Positions 18,915 to 29,012 of a stretch of DNA of 64,000 bases are shown piece after piece. The notes under the pieces were generated by a model. It was not told where the DNA came from and did not search any database. It worked only from the letters and a program-made list of their open reading frames with translations. Each line of letters starts with the position of its first letter. Positions within the stretch are counted from its first letter, which is position 1. Made by a program: the position numbers and the translations under genes. The DNA comes from an uncultured Planctomycetia bacterium (lineage in GTDB: Bacteria; Omnitrophota; Gorgyraeia; Gorgyraeales; Gorgyraeaceae): positions 8,048-72,047 of the forward strand of contig CAYPYS010000002.1 in NCBI GenBank assembly GCA_964415355.1. The letters are read 5' to 3'.

Positions 18915-19976
18915 ATGGAGAGAAAAAGTTTTAGCATCTTGGTGTTTTTATTGTTTCTCGCGGTATCATTTTTTATTTTTGACAAAGGTTTTGCGTTTGC
19001 AGATGACTGGGATGAGGAAAATGATTACATGAACGGCGGACCCTTAAGAATAAGGAATCAGATGCCTTTGCACCTGATTTATTTGCAGATGGTCCCGGAT
19101 AAGGCGTCAGTCAGAGAGCGTAATAGATTTACTGCGAATGCAAATTATACAGTTTCAAATATTACAGTAAGCGCTTTTACGCCTATTTCATCGCTTTACG
19201 ATATAGATATAGACATGGAGGTTTCAACCGTGACCTTGGATTTCAGGTACGGGCTTTACGATAATCTTGAAATAGGGCTGGAGGTGCCGTATACAAGTTT
19301 TTCCAGCGGATATCTGGATGATTTTATAGAGAGCTTTGAGGATGGGATCGGGGCCAGGACGCCTCGGTCAAGGGAAAGACAGGGCTCGAACGAATTTGAT
19401 TATTCTTTTATATACAACTCCAGAAGCGTGATCTCCATTAAAAAATCCGTAGAAGGCATTGGCGATGTGGTGCTTAACGCGAAATATCAATTTCTGCGGG
19501 ATGAAGGTTGGTTATGGCCAAATTTCTCCTTAAGGTCAGCTGTTAAATTTCCAACAGCAGAAGAGGATGACATGCTGGGCAGCGGGAAATTTGATTATGG
19601 TTTTGGCATTTTGCTGGACAAGCGTCTTTTTAACAGGTTCTTTATATATGGAGGCGCTAATATCGTAGCCATAGAAAAACCCAAGGTTTTTGATGAGCTG
19701 GGCATAGGCGAACATATCTATTCGTATCTCCTGGCATTGGAATATTGTTTTACAAAAAGATTTTCTATATTGACTCAGGTCACAGGAAACACGACCCCTT
19801 ACCCGTATAGCGACACAAATCCATTAGATAATGACAGTCATGACTTTGGCATAGCGTTTAATTATACATGGAAGGAGAAGAGTGACGTATCCTGTCATTT
19901 TGGGATAACGGAGAATATAAGCGCTGCTTCAAGCCCGGATGTTAGTCTGCAGACCGGGTTGACATGGAAATTCTAA
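18915..19976 (+). CDS. outer-membrane beta-barrel protein (unknown family)
   Basis: signal peptide; ends ...LTWKF. Confidence 0.45.
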   Translation: MERKSFSILVFLLFLAVSFFIFDKGFAFADDWDEENDYMNGGPLRIRNQMPLHLIYLQMVPDKASVRERNRFTANANYTVSNITVSAFTPISSLYDIDIDMEVSTVTLDFRYGLYDNLEIGLEVPYTSFSSGYLDDFIESFEDGIGARTPRSRERQGSNEFDYSFIYNSRSVISIKKSVEGIGDVVLNAKYQFLRDEGWLWPNFSLRSAVKFPTAEEDDMLGSGKFDYGFGILLDKRLFNRFFIYGGANIVAIEKPKVFDELGIGEHIYSYLLALEYCFTKRFSILTQVTGNTTPYPYSDTNPLDNDSHDFGIAFNYTWKEKSDVSCHFGITENISAASSPDVSLQTGLTWKF

Positions 19977-20000
19977 AGTAAAAGTATTATAACAAGATTC

Positions 20001-20037
20001 TAACTTTACACTTTAACGTTGTTGAAATGTAAAGTTA
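20001..20037. repeat. palindromic intergenic element copy 10
   Basis: taactttacactttaacgttgttgaaatgtaaagtta. Confidence 0.85.
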
Positions 20038-20052
20038 ATCGCGGGAGGAGAT

Positions 20053-21057
20053 ATGCAATTTAACACACCAGAAGATCTTTTGGGACCCGGAGGGAAGAAA
20101 AAAGAAGGGGCTAACTTTCCTGATATTAAGAAGTATATAGTTCCGGCAGTGGGCGGTTTTTTTGCGCTGATATTTGTTTTTTCAGGCCTGTATTCAGTGG
20201 GGCCTGACGAGGTCGGGGTCATAAGGCGTTTCGGCAAATATATTCGCACGACAAACCCGGGCTTGCACTTTAAGGTCCCGATGGGGGTCGAAAAGGTCAA
20301 TAAGGTCAAGGTGCGTTATATTTTCAAAGAAGAGTTTGGGTTTAGGACGCTGAAGGCAGGGGTAAAGACCAGGTATTCGCCAAGGGAGTATTTTGACGAG
20401 TCTTTGATGCTTACAGGAGACTTAAATGTGCTGGTCGTGGAGTGGATAGTGCAGTTCAAGATAAAGGACCCTGTGAAATTATTGTTTAACATAAGAGACC
20501 CGCGTGAGACGATCCGCAATATATCAGAGGCGGTGATGAGACAGACCGTGGGAAACAGCTCTGTAAGCGAAGTCCTGACCACGAGACGAGTGGAAATAAA
20601 TCAGGAGGTCCAGGATGATCTTCAGAAAATACTCGATTCTTACGAAAGCGGCATCCAGGTCGTGACGGTTAAACTGCAGGATGTCAATCCAGCGGATGAG
20701 GTAAAGCCGTCTTTTAACGAAGTAAACGAGGCAAAGCAGGAAAAAGAGAAAGTGATAAATCAGGCGTGGGAGGCCTATAATAAAGCCATTCCAGCTGCCA
20801 AAGGCGAAGCCGAGAAGACTGTAAGAGAAGCCGAGGGTTATGGCTTAAATAGAGTAAACAGGTCTAAAGGGGACGCCCAAAGATTCATAGACATGCGGGA
20901 GTCTTACGACAGAGCAAAAGACGTGACCCGCAAGAGATTGTACTTGGAGACCATGAACGAGGTGTTGCCAAAGGCAGGCCATAAATACATAATAGATTCT
21001 TCTGCTCAGGGTATATTGCCTCTTCTGAAACTGAATAAAGAAGGGGGTGCAAGATGA
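20053..21057 (+). CDS. hflK: FtsH protease modulator HflK (SPFH/band-7)
   Basis: TM anchor then SPFH domain; overlaps start of hflC by 4 nt. Confidence 0.75.
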   Translation: MQFNTPEDLLGPGGKKKEGANFPDIKKYIVPAVGGFFALIFVFSGLYSVGPDEVGVIRRFGKYIRTTNPGLHFKVPMGVEKVNKVKVRYIFKEEFGFRTLKAGVKTRYSPREYFDESLMLTGDLNVLVVEWIVQFKIKDPVKLLFNIRDPRETIRNISEAVMRQTVGNSSVSEVLTTRRVEINQEVQDDLQKILDSYESGIQVVTVKLQDVNPADEVKPSFNEVNEAKQEKEKVINQAWEAYNKAIPAAKGEAEKTVREAEGYGLNRVNRSKGDAQRFIDMRESYDRAKDVTRKRLYLETMNEVLPKAGHKYIIDSSAQGILPLLKLNKEGGAR

Positions 21058-21992
21058 AGTTATTTATAAATATTGCAATAGGTTTTTTTGTCCTATCATT
21101 GTTGCTTTTTATGAGTGGCGCGCTTTATATTGTCGATGAGACGCAGCAGGTGGTCATTACCCAATTTGGCAGGCCTATGGGCGATCCGATAATAAAAGCA
21201 GGCCTGTATTTCAAATTGCCTTTTATTCAGCACGCGAATTATTTCGATAAAAGGCTTCTCCAGTGGGACGGGAATCCCAATCAGATCCCGACCAAAGATA
21301 AAAGATATATATGGGTCGATACAACAGCGAGATGGAAGATCAGCGATCCTCTCAGGTTCATGCAATCTGTCACAAATGAGACAGGCGCACATGCTAGATT
21401 GGACGATATAGTAGACTCTGCGACAAGGGATTATATAACAAATCACAATTTAGTGGAAGTGGTCAGGAATTCAAACAGGATCATCGAATCAAAAGTCATA
21501 AGCGAACAAGATGAGATAAAGGCTTCTGATGATGCCCTTGATGCTGTCGTGGTCGGTAGAGAAGAGATCACGAGAGGTATATTGGAACAGGCCTCGGTGA
21601 TGGCCCCTCAGTATGGAATCGAACTGGTAGACGTCAGGATAAAGAGGATAAATTACGTAAAAGAGGTCAGGGATAAGGTGTACGAAAGGATGATATCTGA
21701 GAGAAAAAGGGCAGCAGAGAGATATCGTTCGGAAGGGCAGGGAAAGAAGGCAGAGATATCAGGTCAGATGGGAAAGGAATTAAAAAAGATACGGTCAGAG
21801 GCATATAAGACAGCGGAGGAGATAAAAGGCAAGGCAGATGCAGAGGCTATTAGTATATACGCGGACGCCTACAACAGAGACCCCGAGTTTTATTCTTTCT
21901 TAAAGACACTGGATACATATAAAAATACGATCGATGATGAAACTACTGTGATCTTCAGTTCAGACAGCGAGTATTTCGAGTATTTTCAGTGA
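21054..21992 (+). CDS. hflC: FtsH protease modulator HflC (SPFH/band-7)
   Basis: paired with hflK; TM anchor plus SPFH plus coiled coil. Confidence 0.75.
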   Translation: MKLFINIAIGFFVLSLLLFMSGALYIVDETQQVVITQFGRPMGDPIIKAGLYFKLPFIQHANYFDKRLLQWDGNPNQIPTKDKRYIWVDTTARWKISDPLRFMQSVTNETGAHARLDDIVDSATRDYITNHNLVEVVRNSNRIIESKVISEQDEIKASDDALDAVVVGREEITRGILEQASVMAPQYGIELVDVRIKRINYVKEVRDKVYERMISERKRAAERYRSEGQGKKAEISGQMGKELKKIRSEAYKTAEEIKGKADAEAISIYADAYNRDPEFYSFLKTLDTYKNTIDDETTVIFSSDSEYFEYFQ

Positions 21993-22003
21993 CGGGTACG
22001 GTG

Positions 22004-22044
22004 CCTAAGTTTACACTTTAACGTTGTTGAAATGTAAAGTTAGG
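22004..22044. repeat. palindromic intergenic element copy 11
   Basis: cctaagtttacactttaacgttgttgaaatgtaaagttagg. Confidence 0.85.
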
Positions 22045-22053
22045 CGGGCAAAG

Positions 22054-22743
22054 ATGCGGTTACAGACTTTTTTATCTAAGGCTGGGATAGCGTCGCGGCG
22101 GGGCGCGGTCGATATTATAAAATCCGGCAGGATAAGCGTCGACGGCAAAAAAATTTTTGAACCATCGTTTAAAATAGATCCTGAAAAAAATACCGTCCTC
22201 TATGATAAAAAGAGGGTGTTTTTAAAAGAAAAAAAGTACGTAATGCTTAACAAGCCCAAAGGGGTTACGAGCACAAGAAAAGACCCTTTTGCGGAAAAGA
22301 CAGTAATGGATTGTCTGCCTCAGGACTTGAGATATTTAAATCCTGTTGGCAGATTGGATAAAGATACGACAGGTTTGCTTTTATTGACAAATGACGGCGA
22401 ACTAATCAACAAGCTCACTCATCCTAGATTCAATATAAAGAAGCTATATATAGTAGAGCTTGATAAAAGATTGGATCTTGGGCATAAAAATAAGCTGGAA
22501 AAAGGCGTTTTGATAGACGGAAAACCTACGGCGCCTTGCAGTATAGGATATAGAGAGAAAAACAAGGTAGAGATAACGCTGCGCGAAGGCAGGAAGCGCC
22601 AGGTAAAGAGGATGTTTAAAAAAGCAGGCTATAAGGTCGTGGGTCTAAAGAGATCAGGAGAAGGGGCTTTGAGCTTAGGGGCCTTGCCTTTGGGCAAATG
22701 GAGGTTTCTTACAAAGGAAGAGGTGTCCGGGCTTAAAAAATAA
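22054..22743 (+). CDS. pseudouridine synthase, RsuA/RluB family (S4 domain plus catalytic domain)
   Basis: S4 motif; GRLDKDTTGLLLLTNDG catalytic-Asp motif; the ORF-track start at 22024 is a repeat artefact. Confidence 0.7.
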   Translation: MRLQTFLSKAGIASRRGAVDIIKSGRISVDGKKIFEPSFKIDPEKNTVLYDKKRVFLKEKKYVMLNKPKGVTSTRKDPFAEKTVMDCLPQDLRYLNPVGRLDKDTTGLLLLTNDGELINKLTHPRFNIKKLYIVELDKRLDLGHKNKLEKGVLIDGKPTAPCSIGYREKNKVEITLREGRKRQVKRMFKKAGYKVVGLKRSGEGALSLGALPLGKWRFLTKEEVSGLKK

Positions 22744-22940
22744 AATCTTCAATCACCCTTGACTATTCTCCGAACAGTGTGTAAACTATTACATTAAGAA
22801 TTATTGTCTTTTGCTATCTTGTATAAAAAAGAAAGGGGGGAGGAAATAGCAGTTTATACTAGATAGGATTTTTTAAATACCTAGATAATTTTAATAATAT
22901 AAAAATATACTTTTAAGAAAATATATCAAGGAGGGAACAG

Positions 22941-23720
22941 ATGAGATTATTATTAGCAGCACTAATGGTAATTGGTTTCGCAGGCGCAGCTTACGCTGCT
23001 CCGGTAGGACTTACTTCAGAGGCAGACGCAACGAGCGCAGAATGGGCGTATAATGATGTTACTGCGAGCATAGGATTTATCGGTGACTCACTTGAAAGAA
23101 ACATTGACATGGATAGTGGTAATTTTGAAGCATCAGTATACGCAGCTAGGCTCGGGTTGAATATTACAGAAAAATTCAATATCTATGTTGATCTTGGCCA
23201 GGCTCAGGATATGGAAATAAGTGCCATGATTAAAGGTGAAACCATAAAATATGATTTTGATGATGATTTTTTATGGGGAATAGGCGGAAACGCATTGATC
23301 TATCGCTGGGACAATGGCCTTGAGGTAGGCGTGAATGCAGCTTACAGGCAAGCTGATATGACACTCAATAAAGCTGATGTAGACTCCCAGCAGTATGATA
23401 GAGTAGACTTGACCAATGTAAAAGACGGGGAATACTCAGATTGGCATCTAGCTTGTGAACTGGCTTGGAAGACAGAATATCTAATACCATATGTTGGCGT
23501 AAGATATTCAGATATAGAAGTAGATGGATATTTTGAAGAAGGTGGCGAAGCAAAAGATGCCTCAGGAAAGAATTCTTCAGAGAACGTAGGCGCTTTTGTT
23601 GGCTTGACTATTACACCTAAAGTAGAAGGATCTCCAAAGAGCGAGCAGATATCAATAAATGTAGAAGGCAGGTTTATTGATGAAGAAGCCTTTAGCGTAG
23701 GAGTAAATTATAGGTTTTAA
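22941..23720 (+). CDS. outer-membrane beta-barrel protein (OmpA-like N-terminal barrel / porin)
   Basis: signal peptide AYA-AP; ends VNYRF. Confidence 0.5.
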   Translation: MRLLLAALMVIGFAGAAYAAPVGLTSEADATSAEWAYNDVTASIGFIGDSLERNIDMDSGNFEASVYAARLGLNITEKFNIYVDLGQAQDMEISAMIKGETIKYDFDDDFLWGIGGNALIYRWDNGLEVGVNAAYRQADMTLNKADVDSQQYDRVDLTNVKDGEYSDWHLACELAWKTEYLIPYVGVRYSDIEVDGYFEEGGEAKDASGKNSSENVGAFVGLTITPKVEGSPKSEQISINVEGRFIDEEAFSVGVNYRF

Positions 23721-23754
23721 GCAGAGAATTATACACGTGAATAGTTTTTAACAA

Positions 23755-23791
23755 AAAGCGTAGCGGGTTAAAAAGGCCCGCTACGCTTTTT
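23755..23791 (+). terminator. rho-independent terminator (agcgtagcgggt..gcccgctacgct plus T5)
   Basis: 12-bp stem plus T-run. Confidence 0.75.
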
Positions 23792-23815
23792 ATGTTTACA
23801 TAGGGGTGCACTATT

Positions 23816-24877
23816 ATGGAATTAAAGACGTTATTAAAAGGCATGATTGAAAAAAAAGCGTCTGACCTGGTTATTAAGGCGGGCAGTCCGGCATGCATGA
23901 GGATCAATGGGTCTCTTTTTAAGGACGGGGCTGAACTGACAGATAAGTGCGTTAGCGGATTGGTCGATGAGATACAAAAAAGAAGCGGGCTTAATACTTT
24001 AAAAGAGAAAAGCGAATCAGTCCTATCTTTTGGCGTGGAGGATATGGGAAGATTCAGGACTACTGTTTTTAGAGAGAAGGGTAGTTTTGTAATTGTGGTG
24101 CGGGCCGTAAATACCGCTATCCCCACATTCGCGGATTTGAATCTTCCGGCAAAGGTGCTAGAGAGGCTGTGTACTGAAAAGCGCGGCCTGGTCTTGATCA
24201 CCGGCACGACTGGAAGCGGAAAATCCACCAGCGTGGCCAGTATGCTGGAATACATAAATAAAAACATGGCTCGCCACATAATAACGCTTGAGGATCCGAT
24301 CGAATTTATGTTTGAGGATAAGAAATCTATCGTGACCCAGAGAGAAATCAGGGTAGATACAAATAGTTTCCAGAGTGCGCTCGAATTCATAATGCTGCAG
24401 ACGCCTGACACGATATTTATAGGAGACATAAGAAATTCAGAGGTCATGTCAACGGCCCTAACGGCTGCAGAGACAGGGCAGCTGGTAATAGCGAACCTGC
24501 ACACGATAAATACTACTCACACCATAGAGAGGATCGTTAATTTTTTCCAGCCGCACCAGCATGCAGAGATCAGGATGCAGCTCTCTCTATTGTTAAAGGG
24601 CATTTTGTCGCTGAGATTAATGCCTCTTCTGGATGGCAGCGGTCGGGTTCCGGCTTGTGAGGTCCTTATATCAACGCCTACTATAGTGGAGTTGATCAGG
24701 GAAGGAAAGATCGACGAAATAGAATATTATATCAAAGACGGGGGCCTTTATGGCATGCAGACCTTTGACCATGCCTTGCTTAGCCTGTACAAGGAAAAGA
24801 AGATATCGGAAGAGACGGCCCTGGCTTACGCAGACAGAAGAAATGAACTCATAATGAACATAAAAGAACTAAGCTAA
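23816..24877 (+). CDS. pilT: type IV pilus retraction ATPase
   Basis: Walker A GTTGSGKST; PilT-family length and motifs. Confidence 0.8.
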   Translation: MELKTLLKGMIEKKASDLVIKAGSPACMRINGSLFKDGAELTDKCVSGLVDEIQKRSGLNTLKEKSESVLSFGVEDMGRFRTTVFREKGSFVIVVRAVNTAIPTFADLNLPAKVLERLCTEKRGLVLITGTTGSGKSTSVASMLEYINKNMARHIITLEDPIEFMFEDKKSIVTQREIRVDTNSFQSALEFIMLQTPDTIFIGDIRNSEVMSTALTAAETGQLVIANLHTINTTHTIERIVNFFQPHQHAEIRMQLSLLLKGILSLRLMPLLDGSGRVPACEVLISTPTIVELIREGKIDEIEYYIKDGGLYGMQTFDHALLSLYKEKKISEETALAYADRRNELIMNIKELS

Positions 24878-24912
24878 CTTTACATTTCAACAACGTTAAA
24901 ATGTAAAGTTAG
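24875..24912. repeat. palindromic intergenic element copy 12 (contains pilT stop TAA)
   Basis: taactttacatttcaacaacgttaaaatgtaaagttagg. Confidence 0.85.
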
Positions 24913-24920
24913 GAAGGGCT

Positions 24921-26723
24921 ATGAAGAAATTATTTATTTTTTTGTTTTTTATCCTCATAATTGCCGCAGTAACCCTTCTCGTATTCCTTTTGACATTTGA
25001 TGCGAATAAATACAAACCCTTGTTAACAGAAAAAATAGAGCAGGCTATAGATAAAGACGTTAAAATAGGAAATATATCGCTGGGTTTTTTGCCTGCGATC
25101 AAGCTGCGGCTAGACGGAGTTTCTATAAAAGGCCGCAATGAGACATGGGAGGATTCTGATCTGAGGACTTCCTCTATAGAGGCTAATATCAAGCTTCTGC
25201 CGCTCCTGAAGAAGGATGTTCAGATCGAGCACATCGCGGTCAGGGGCATGGATATAACTATTGCAAGGGGTTTTGAACCAGCGTCAGTTAGTAAGGCAGT
25301 CACAGGAGAGGATGAGGATATCGGGTTAGCTGCGATAGGTGCGTTGAATTTTTTGGCAAAATCAGTATCTATAATAGATTCGAGTATTCAATATGACAAT
25401 ATAAAGGTGGATGTCGCAAAAGCCGTGCTTGAAAATATATCGTTATTCGGACCTGTGAATGCCAATGCCAGGCTGTCTCTCTTTGCGAGGGGGGCCGAGA
25501 ACGTGGATTTAAAAGCCGTGTTCTATCCTGAATTAGAAACTAAAAAACCTTATATCAAAAATCTTGACCTAAAGATAGACCTGGCCAGGCTTGACCTTAG
25601 GGGAGCCCTGGATGCGCTTGGGCAGGATGATATTGCAGATAAGATCATTGGGAAGGAATTCAAGGGAGATCTGGTTATAAACTCAGAAAAGATGTACCTT
25701 GATCCAAGGCGGATCTACGAATCGAATCTATATGTCAATCTGTCCGATGTTGAAACAGACCTTGTCCCTGTAAAAGGAGGCATTAGAGACATAGTGCTTA
25801 AAGCTGAGATAGAACGCGGCGACCTGATTATGCAAAAGCTCAGTGGTTCGCTTTCCAGAGGTTCTTTTATAGCCAAAGGCAGCATTAAAGATATTTTGTC
25901 CAGCCAATATTCTAGCCTGGACATCGAATTGAGTGATATTGAGATATCCTCGTTATTTTTTGCTATATCACCTGACAGGCCATACCTGGAAGGGCGCCTG
26001 AGCGCGGATATCCTTTCCTCTGTCAGAGGATTGTCAAAAGAGAAAATCTTTAATACGTTAAAGGCGAAAGGCGCTGTCAGGATAAACGAGGCTGTGTTGA
26101 AAAACATGAACCTTCTGACTGTCGCGCTTGATAAGCTTGATATGCTGCCGGGCCTGGTGCGGAAATTAAAAAGTAATCTGTCTGCTCGTTACAGGGAGCT
26201 CTTGAGGCAAAATTTCACGGTCTTCGAACCTATAGACCTGAATTTTAATGTCGAAGGCGATACATTGTTTCTGCAGGAGACGGTTATAGAGTCGGATGGT
26301 TTTTACATTATATGCGACGGCTATTTGAAAGCGAACGGAGATTTTATAATGGATTCCGATCTGTTTATAGCAGCTGACCTTTCAGATGCCTTTGTGGACG
26401 CGGTCCGTGAGTTTAAGTATTTACAGAATAGACAGGGCATGATAACGATGCCGCTGGATATCTATGGTAAATTTCCCGATGTTGTAGTAAAACCGGATCT
26501 AGACTATGTAATACAGAGACTGGCTGTCTCAAAGGGCCAGGAATTGCTGGAGGATATTTTTAAAGTAAAAAGGCGAAGAAAGCCGGATGATGTGCCTGGC
26601 ACAGAGACAGAGCCTGGATCTGAGCAAGAGGACAGCCAGAGACAAGAGCAGGACGAAGAGATTAGCCCGGAAGAAGCGATCATAAGGACGATATTCGACA
26701 TAATCAGCCCTCCAAGCAATTAA
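24921..26723 (+). CDS. AsmA-family protein (N-terminal TM anchor, acidic C-terminus)
   Basis: N-terminal AsmA-like region following a single TM helix. Confidence 0.55.
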   Translation: MKKLFIFLFFILIIAAVTLLVFLLTFDANKYKPLLTEKIEQAIDKDVKIGNISLGFLPAIKLRLDGVSIKGRNETWEDSDLRTSSIEANIKLLPLLKKDVQIEHIAVRGMDITIARGFEPASVSKAVTGEDEDIGLAAIGALNFLAKSVSIIDSSIQYDNIKVDVAKAVLENISLFGPVNANARLSLFARGAENVDLKAVFYPELETKKPYIKNLDLKIDLARLDLRGALDALGQDDIADKIIGKEFKGDLVINSEKMYLDPRRIYESNLYVNLSDVETDLVPVKGGIRDIVLKAEIERGDLIMQKLSGSLSRGSFIAKGSIKDILSSQYSSLDIELSDIEISSLFFAISPDRPYLEGRLSADILSSVRGLSKEKIFNTLKAKGAVRINEAVLKNMNLLTVALDKLDMLPGLVRKLKSNLSARYRELLRQNFTVFEPIDLNFNVEGDTLFLQETVIESDGFYIICDGYLKANGDFIMDSDLFIAADLSDAFVDAVREFKYLQNRQGMITMPLDIYGKFPDVVVKPDLDYVIQRLAVSKGQELLEDIFKVKRRRKPDDVPGTETEPGSEQEDSQRQEQDEEISPEEAIIRTIFDIISPPSN

Positions 26724-26725
26724 GG

Positions 26726-27055
26726 ATGATTAGAATGGGATCTTACATCTCGATTTTTATTACAGCGCCTGATAAGCGAGAGGCAAAAAAGATCAGCAGC
26801 GCGCTTCTTGATATGCGCATGATAGCATGCGCCAACATAATAGATAATATAGAGTCTTATTTTTGGTGGAAAGGCAAGAAAGAAAAAACCAGAGAGTGCC
26901 TTGTTATCGCCAAGACAAAAAAGTCTCGCCTCAGCAAGATCATTAAAAAGGTAAAATCTATCCATCCTTACGAGGTGCCTGAAATAATAGCCTTGCCGAT
27001 CATAGGCGGGTATAAACAATATTTAGAGTGGATAGATAGGGAGGCCCGGCCATGA
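26726..27055 (+). CDS. cutA: divalent-cation tolerance protein CutA
   Basis: size and conserved CutA1 motifs (IACANI...). Confidence 0.65.
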   Translation: MIRMGSYISIFITAPDKREAKKISSALLDMRMIACANIIDNIESYFWWKGKKEKTRECLVIAKTKKSRLSKIIKKVKSIHPYEVPEIIALPIIGGYKQYLEWIDREARP

Positions 27056-27486
27056 AACTTTCAAGTCCAGAATTCGAGCACAATGGACATATCCCTAAAA
27101 AATTTACGTGTCAAGGAGATGATATAAGCCCTGCGCTGATCGTTGAAGATATTCCTGAAGGCGCGAGGACGCTAGCTTTAGTAGTAGATGATCCGGACGC
27201 GCCAATGGGGACATGGGTGCATTGGGTCGTGTACAATATCTCCCCTGCGATGTCCAGGATCAAGGAAGACAGTATTCCCGGAATACAGGTTATGAATAAT
27301 TTTGGCCGGATTGAATACGGAGGTCCTTGTCCGCCGTCCGGCACTCACCGTTATTTTTTTAAGGTATACGCATTAGATACAGAGCTTAGCCTGAAAGAAA
27401 ATTCTAGAAAAAAAGACCTGGAAAAGGCCATGGAAGGCCGTATATTGGGCAAGGCTGAATTAATAGGTCTTTATAAAAAGCAATAG
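27052..27486 (+). CDS. YbhB/YbcL-family phosphatidylethanolamine-binding (PEBP) protein
   Basis: DDPDAP...HW...GPCPPSG.HRY motifs. Confidence 0.7.
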   Translation: MKLSSPEFEHNGHIPKKFTCQGDDISPALIVEDIPEGARTLALVVDDPDAPMGTWVHWVVYNISPAMSRIKEDSIPGIQVMNNFGRIEYGGPCPPSGTHRYFFKVYALDTELSLKENSRKKDLEKAMEGRILGKAELIGLYKKQ

Positions 27487-27489
27487 GCA

Positions 27490-27993
27490 ATGGATACTTT
27501 AGACGCGATAAGACAAAGACGCTCTGTAAGGCAATACAAGAAGAAATTGCCGTCGGAGAATGATATAAAAACGATCCTTGAGGCTGCGAGGTGGGCGCCA
27601 TCGGGTTTAAATAATCAACCGTGGAGATTTTTGATCATAAAGGATAAGGTCAAGAAAGACGGCCTGGCAAAGTTTACAAAATATGGTGAGATAATAAAAG
27701 ATGCCCCGCTGACTATCGTTGTGTTTATAGATAACGCTGATTCTTACAACAGGGAAAAGGATTTAATGGCCATAGGCGCCTGTATCCAGAATATGATGCT
27801 CGAGGCATATTCTAAGGGCTTAGGGGCGTGCTGGCTGGGAGAGATATTAAATAGGAAAAAAGAGGTAATAGAGTATTTAGATCTTAACGAAGATCTGGAA
27901 TTAATGGCTGTCGTGACATTGGGTTACGGCGACGAAGAGATCACCAAGTCCTGCAGGAAGCCTCTAAAAAATCTCATTCTCAATCTCAAGTAA
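27490..27993 (+). CDS. nitroreductase-family protein
   Basis: RRSVRQY...APSGLNNQPW motifs. Confidence 0.65.
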   Translation: MDTLDAIRQRRSVRQYKKKLPSENDIKTILEAARWAPSGLNNQPWRFLIIKDKVKKDGLAKFTKYGEIIKDAPLTIVVFIDNADSYNREKDLMAIGACIQNMMLEAYSKGLGACWLGEILNRKKEVIEYLDLNEDLELMAVVTLGYGDEEITKSCRKPLKNLILNLK

Positions 27994-28029
27994 CTTTACA
28001 TTTCAACAACGTTAAAGTGTAAAGTTAGG
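27991..28029. repeat. palindromic intergenic element copy 13
   Basis: taactttacatttcaacaacgttaaagtgtaaagttaggc. Confidence 0.85.
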
Positions 28030-28031
28030 CA

Positions 28032-29012
28032 ATGGAGTACTCAATGGCAGAAGGTTTTTATAATTTTCATTCTATAGCGTATGGGATATTAAAGATATTC
28101 TTTTTGCTCGCTATAGGATTTGCGCTTTATACGAAAAAGATCGTAAAAAAAGATTCTCTGGAGGGCCTTAGCAATATATTGATCTGGGCGTGTATTCCTG
28201 CCTTGATCTTTACTAAAATAACGTCTGCGTTTGATCCTTTTTCGTTTCCGAAATGGTGGATCTTACCCCTAAGCTCGATGATCATGGCTTTTACAGGCAT
28301 GGGCATCGGGTATTTATTCCAAAAGCCATTAAAGGGTTTTAAGTCGGGTCGGGAATTTATGATGTCCTGCGCATTCCAGAACTCAGGGTATCTGCCCATG
28401 GCCCTTGTGGCCTTTGTCTGCACAGGCCCGTTCTGCGACAAGGTCCTTGTTTATATATTTCTCTTTCTTATGGGATTTAATATACTTATATGGTCGTTCG
28501 GCCCCGCGTTTCTTTCGAAAAATTTCAGGGGAGATTTTAAGCTCAGCGCTATTTTAAATCCGCCTGTCACAGTTACCATCTTTTCGATCTCATGGGTTTT
28601 TTTAATGGGTAAAGGCAGCGTCCATGATCTAGTTTTTGATCCGTTGGTTATGCTGGGTAATTCGAGTTTTCCTCTGGCGTTGATAGTGCTTGGTGCGCAG
28701 CTCGCAGCTTATCGTGGATTTAAGGCTGAGAACTGGAGCGCATTGGCAAGCTGTTTGTCCGCTAAGCTTATAGCATTGCCTATTATAGCGCTTGGCCTGG
28801 TCAGGTATCTGCCGCTGCCGTACGCCTTGAAGTTTTTTATTTTTTTAGAGGCTACAATGCCTGCAGCCGTAAGTCTCGTTGTGATAGGGCAATATGTCAA
28901 CGCTGACAATAGATTTTTAAGCGGCATTATAGTATATTCGCACTTGCTCGCCGTCATAACTATACCTGCGTGGCTATTGATATTCCGCCTGACCGTTAAC
29001 TTTACGTTTTAA
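28032..29012 (+). CDS. polytopic membrane protein, probably auxin-efflux-carrier (AEC) family transporter; last 5 codons encoded by the repeat arm
   Basis: about 10 TM helices, about 320 aa; C-terminal ...NFTF* from taactttacgttttaa. Confidence 0.4.
   Translation: MEYSMAEGFYNFHSIAYGILKIFFLLAIGFALYTKKIVKKDSLEGLSNILIWACIPALIFTKITSAFDPFSFPKWWILPLSSMIMAFTGMGIGYLFQKPLKGFKSGREFMMSCAFQNSGYLPMALVAFVCTGPFCDKVLVYIFLFLMGFNILIWSFGPAFLSKNFRGDFKLSAILNPPVTVTIFSISWVFLMGKGSVHDLVFDPLVMLGNSSFPLALIVLGAQLAAYRGFKAENWSALASCLSAKLIALPIIALGLVRYLPLPYALKFFIFLEATMPAAVSLVVIGQYVNADNRFLSGIIVYSHLLAVITIPAWLLIFRLTVNFTF

Noticed and set aside
23692-24504. 270-aa minus-strand ORF
   Set aside because: It lies antisense to pilT (Walker A and conserved motifs on + strand).
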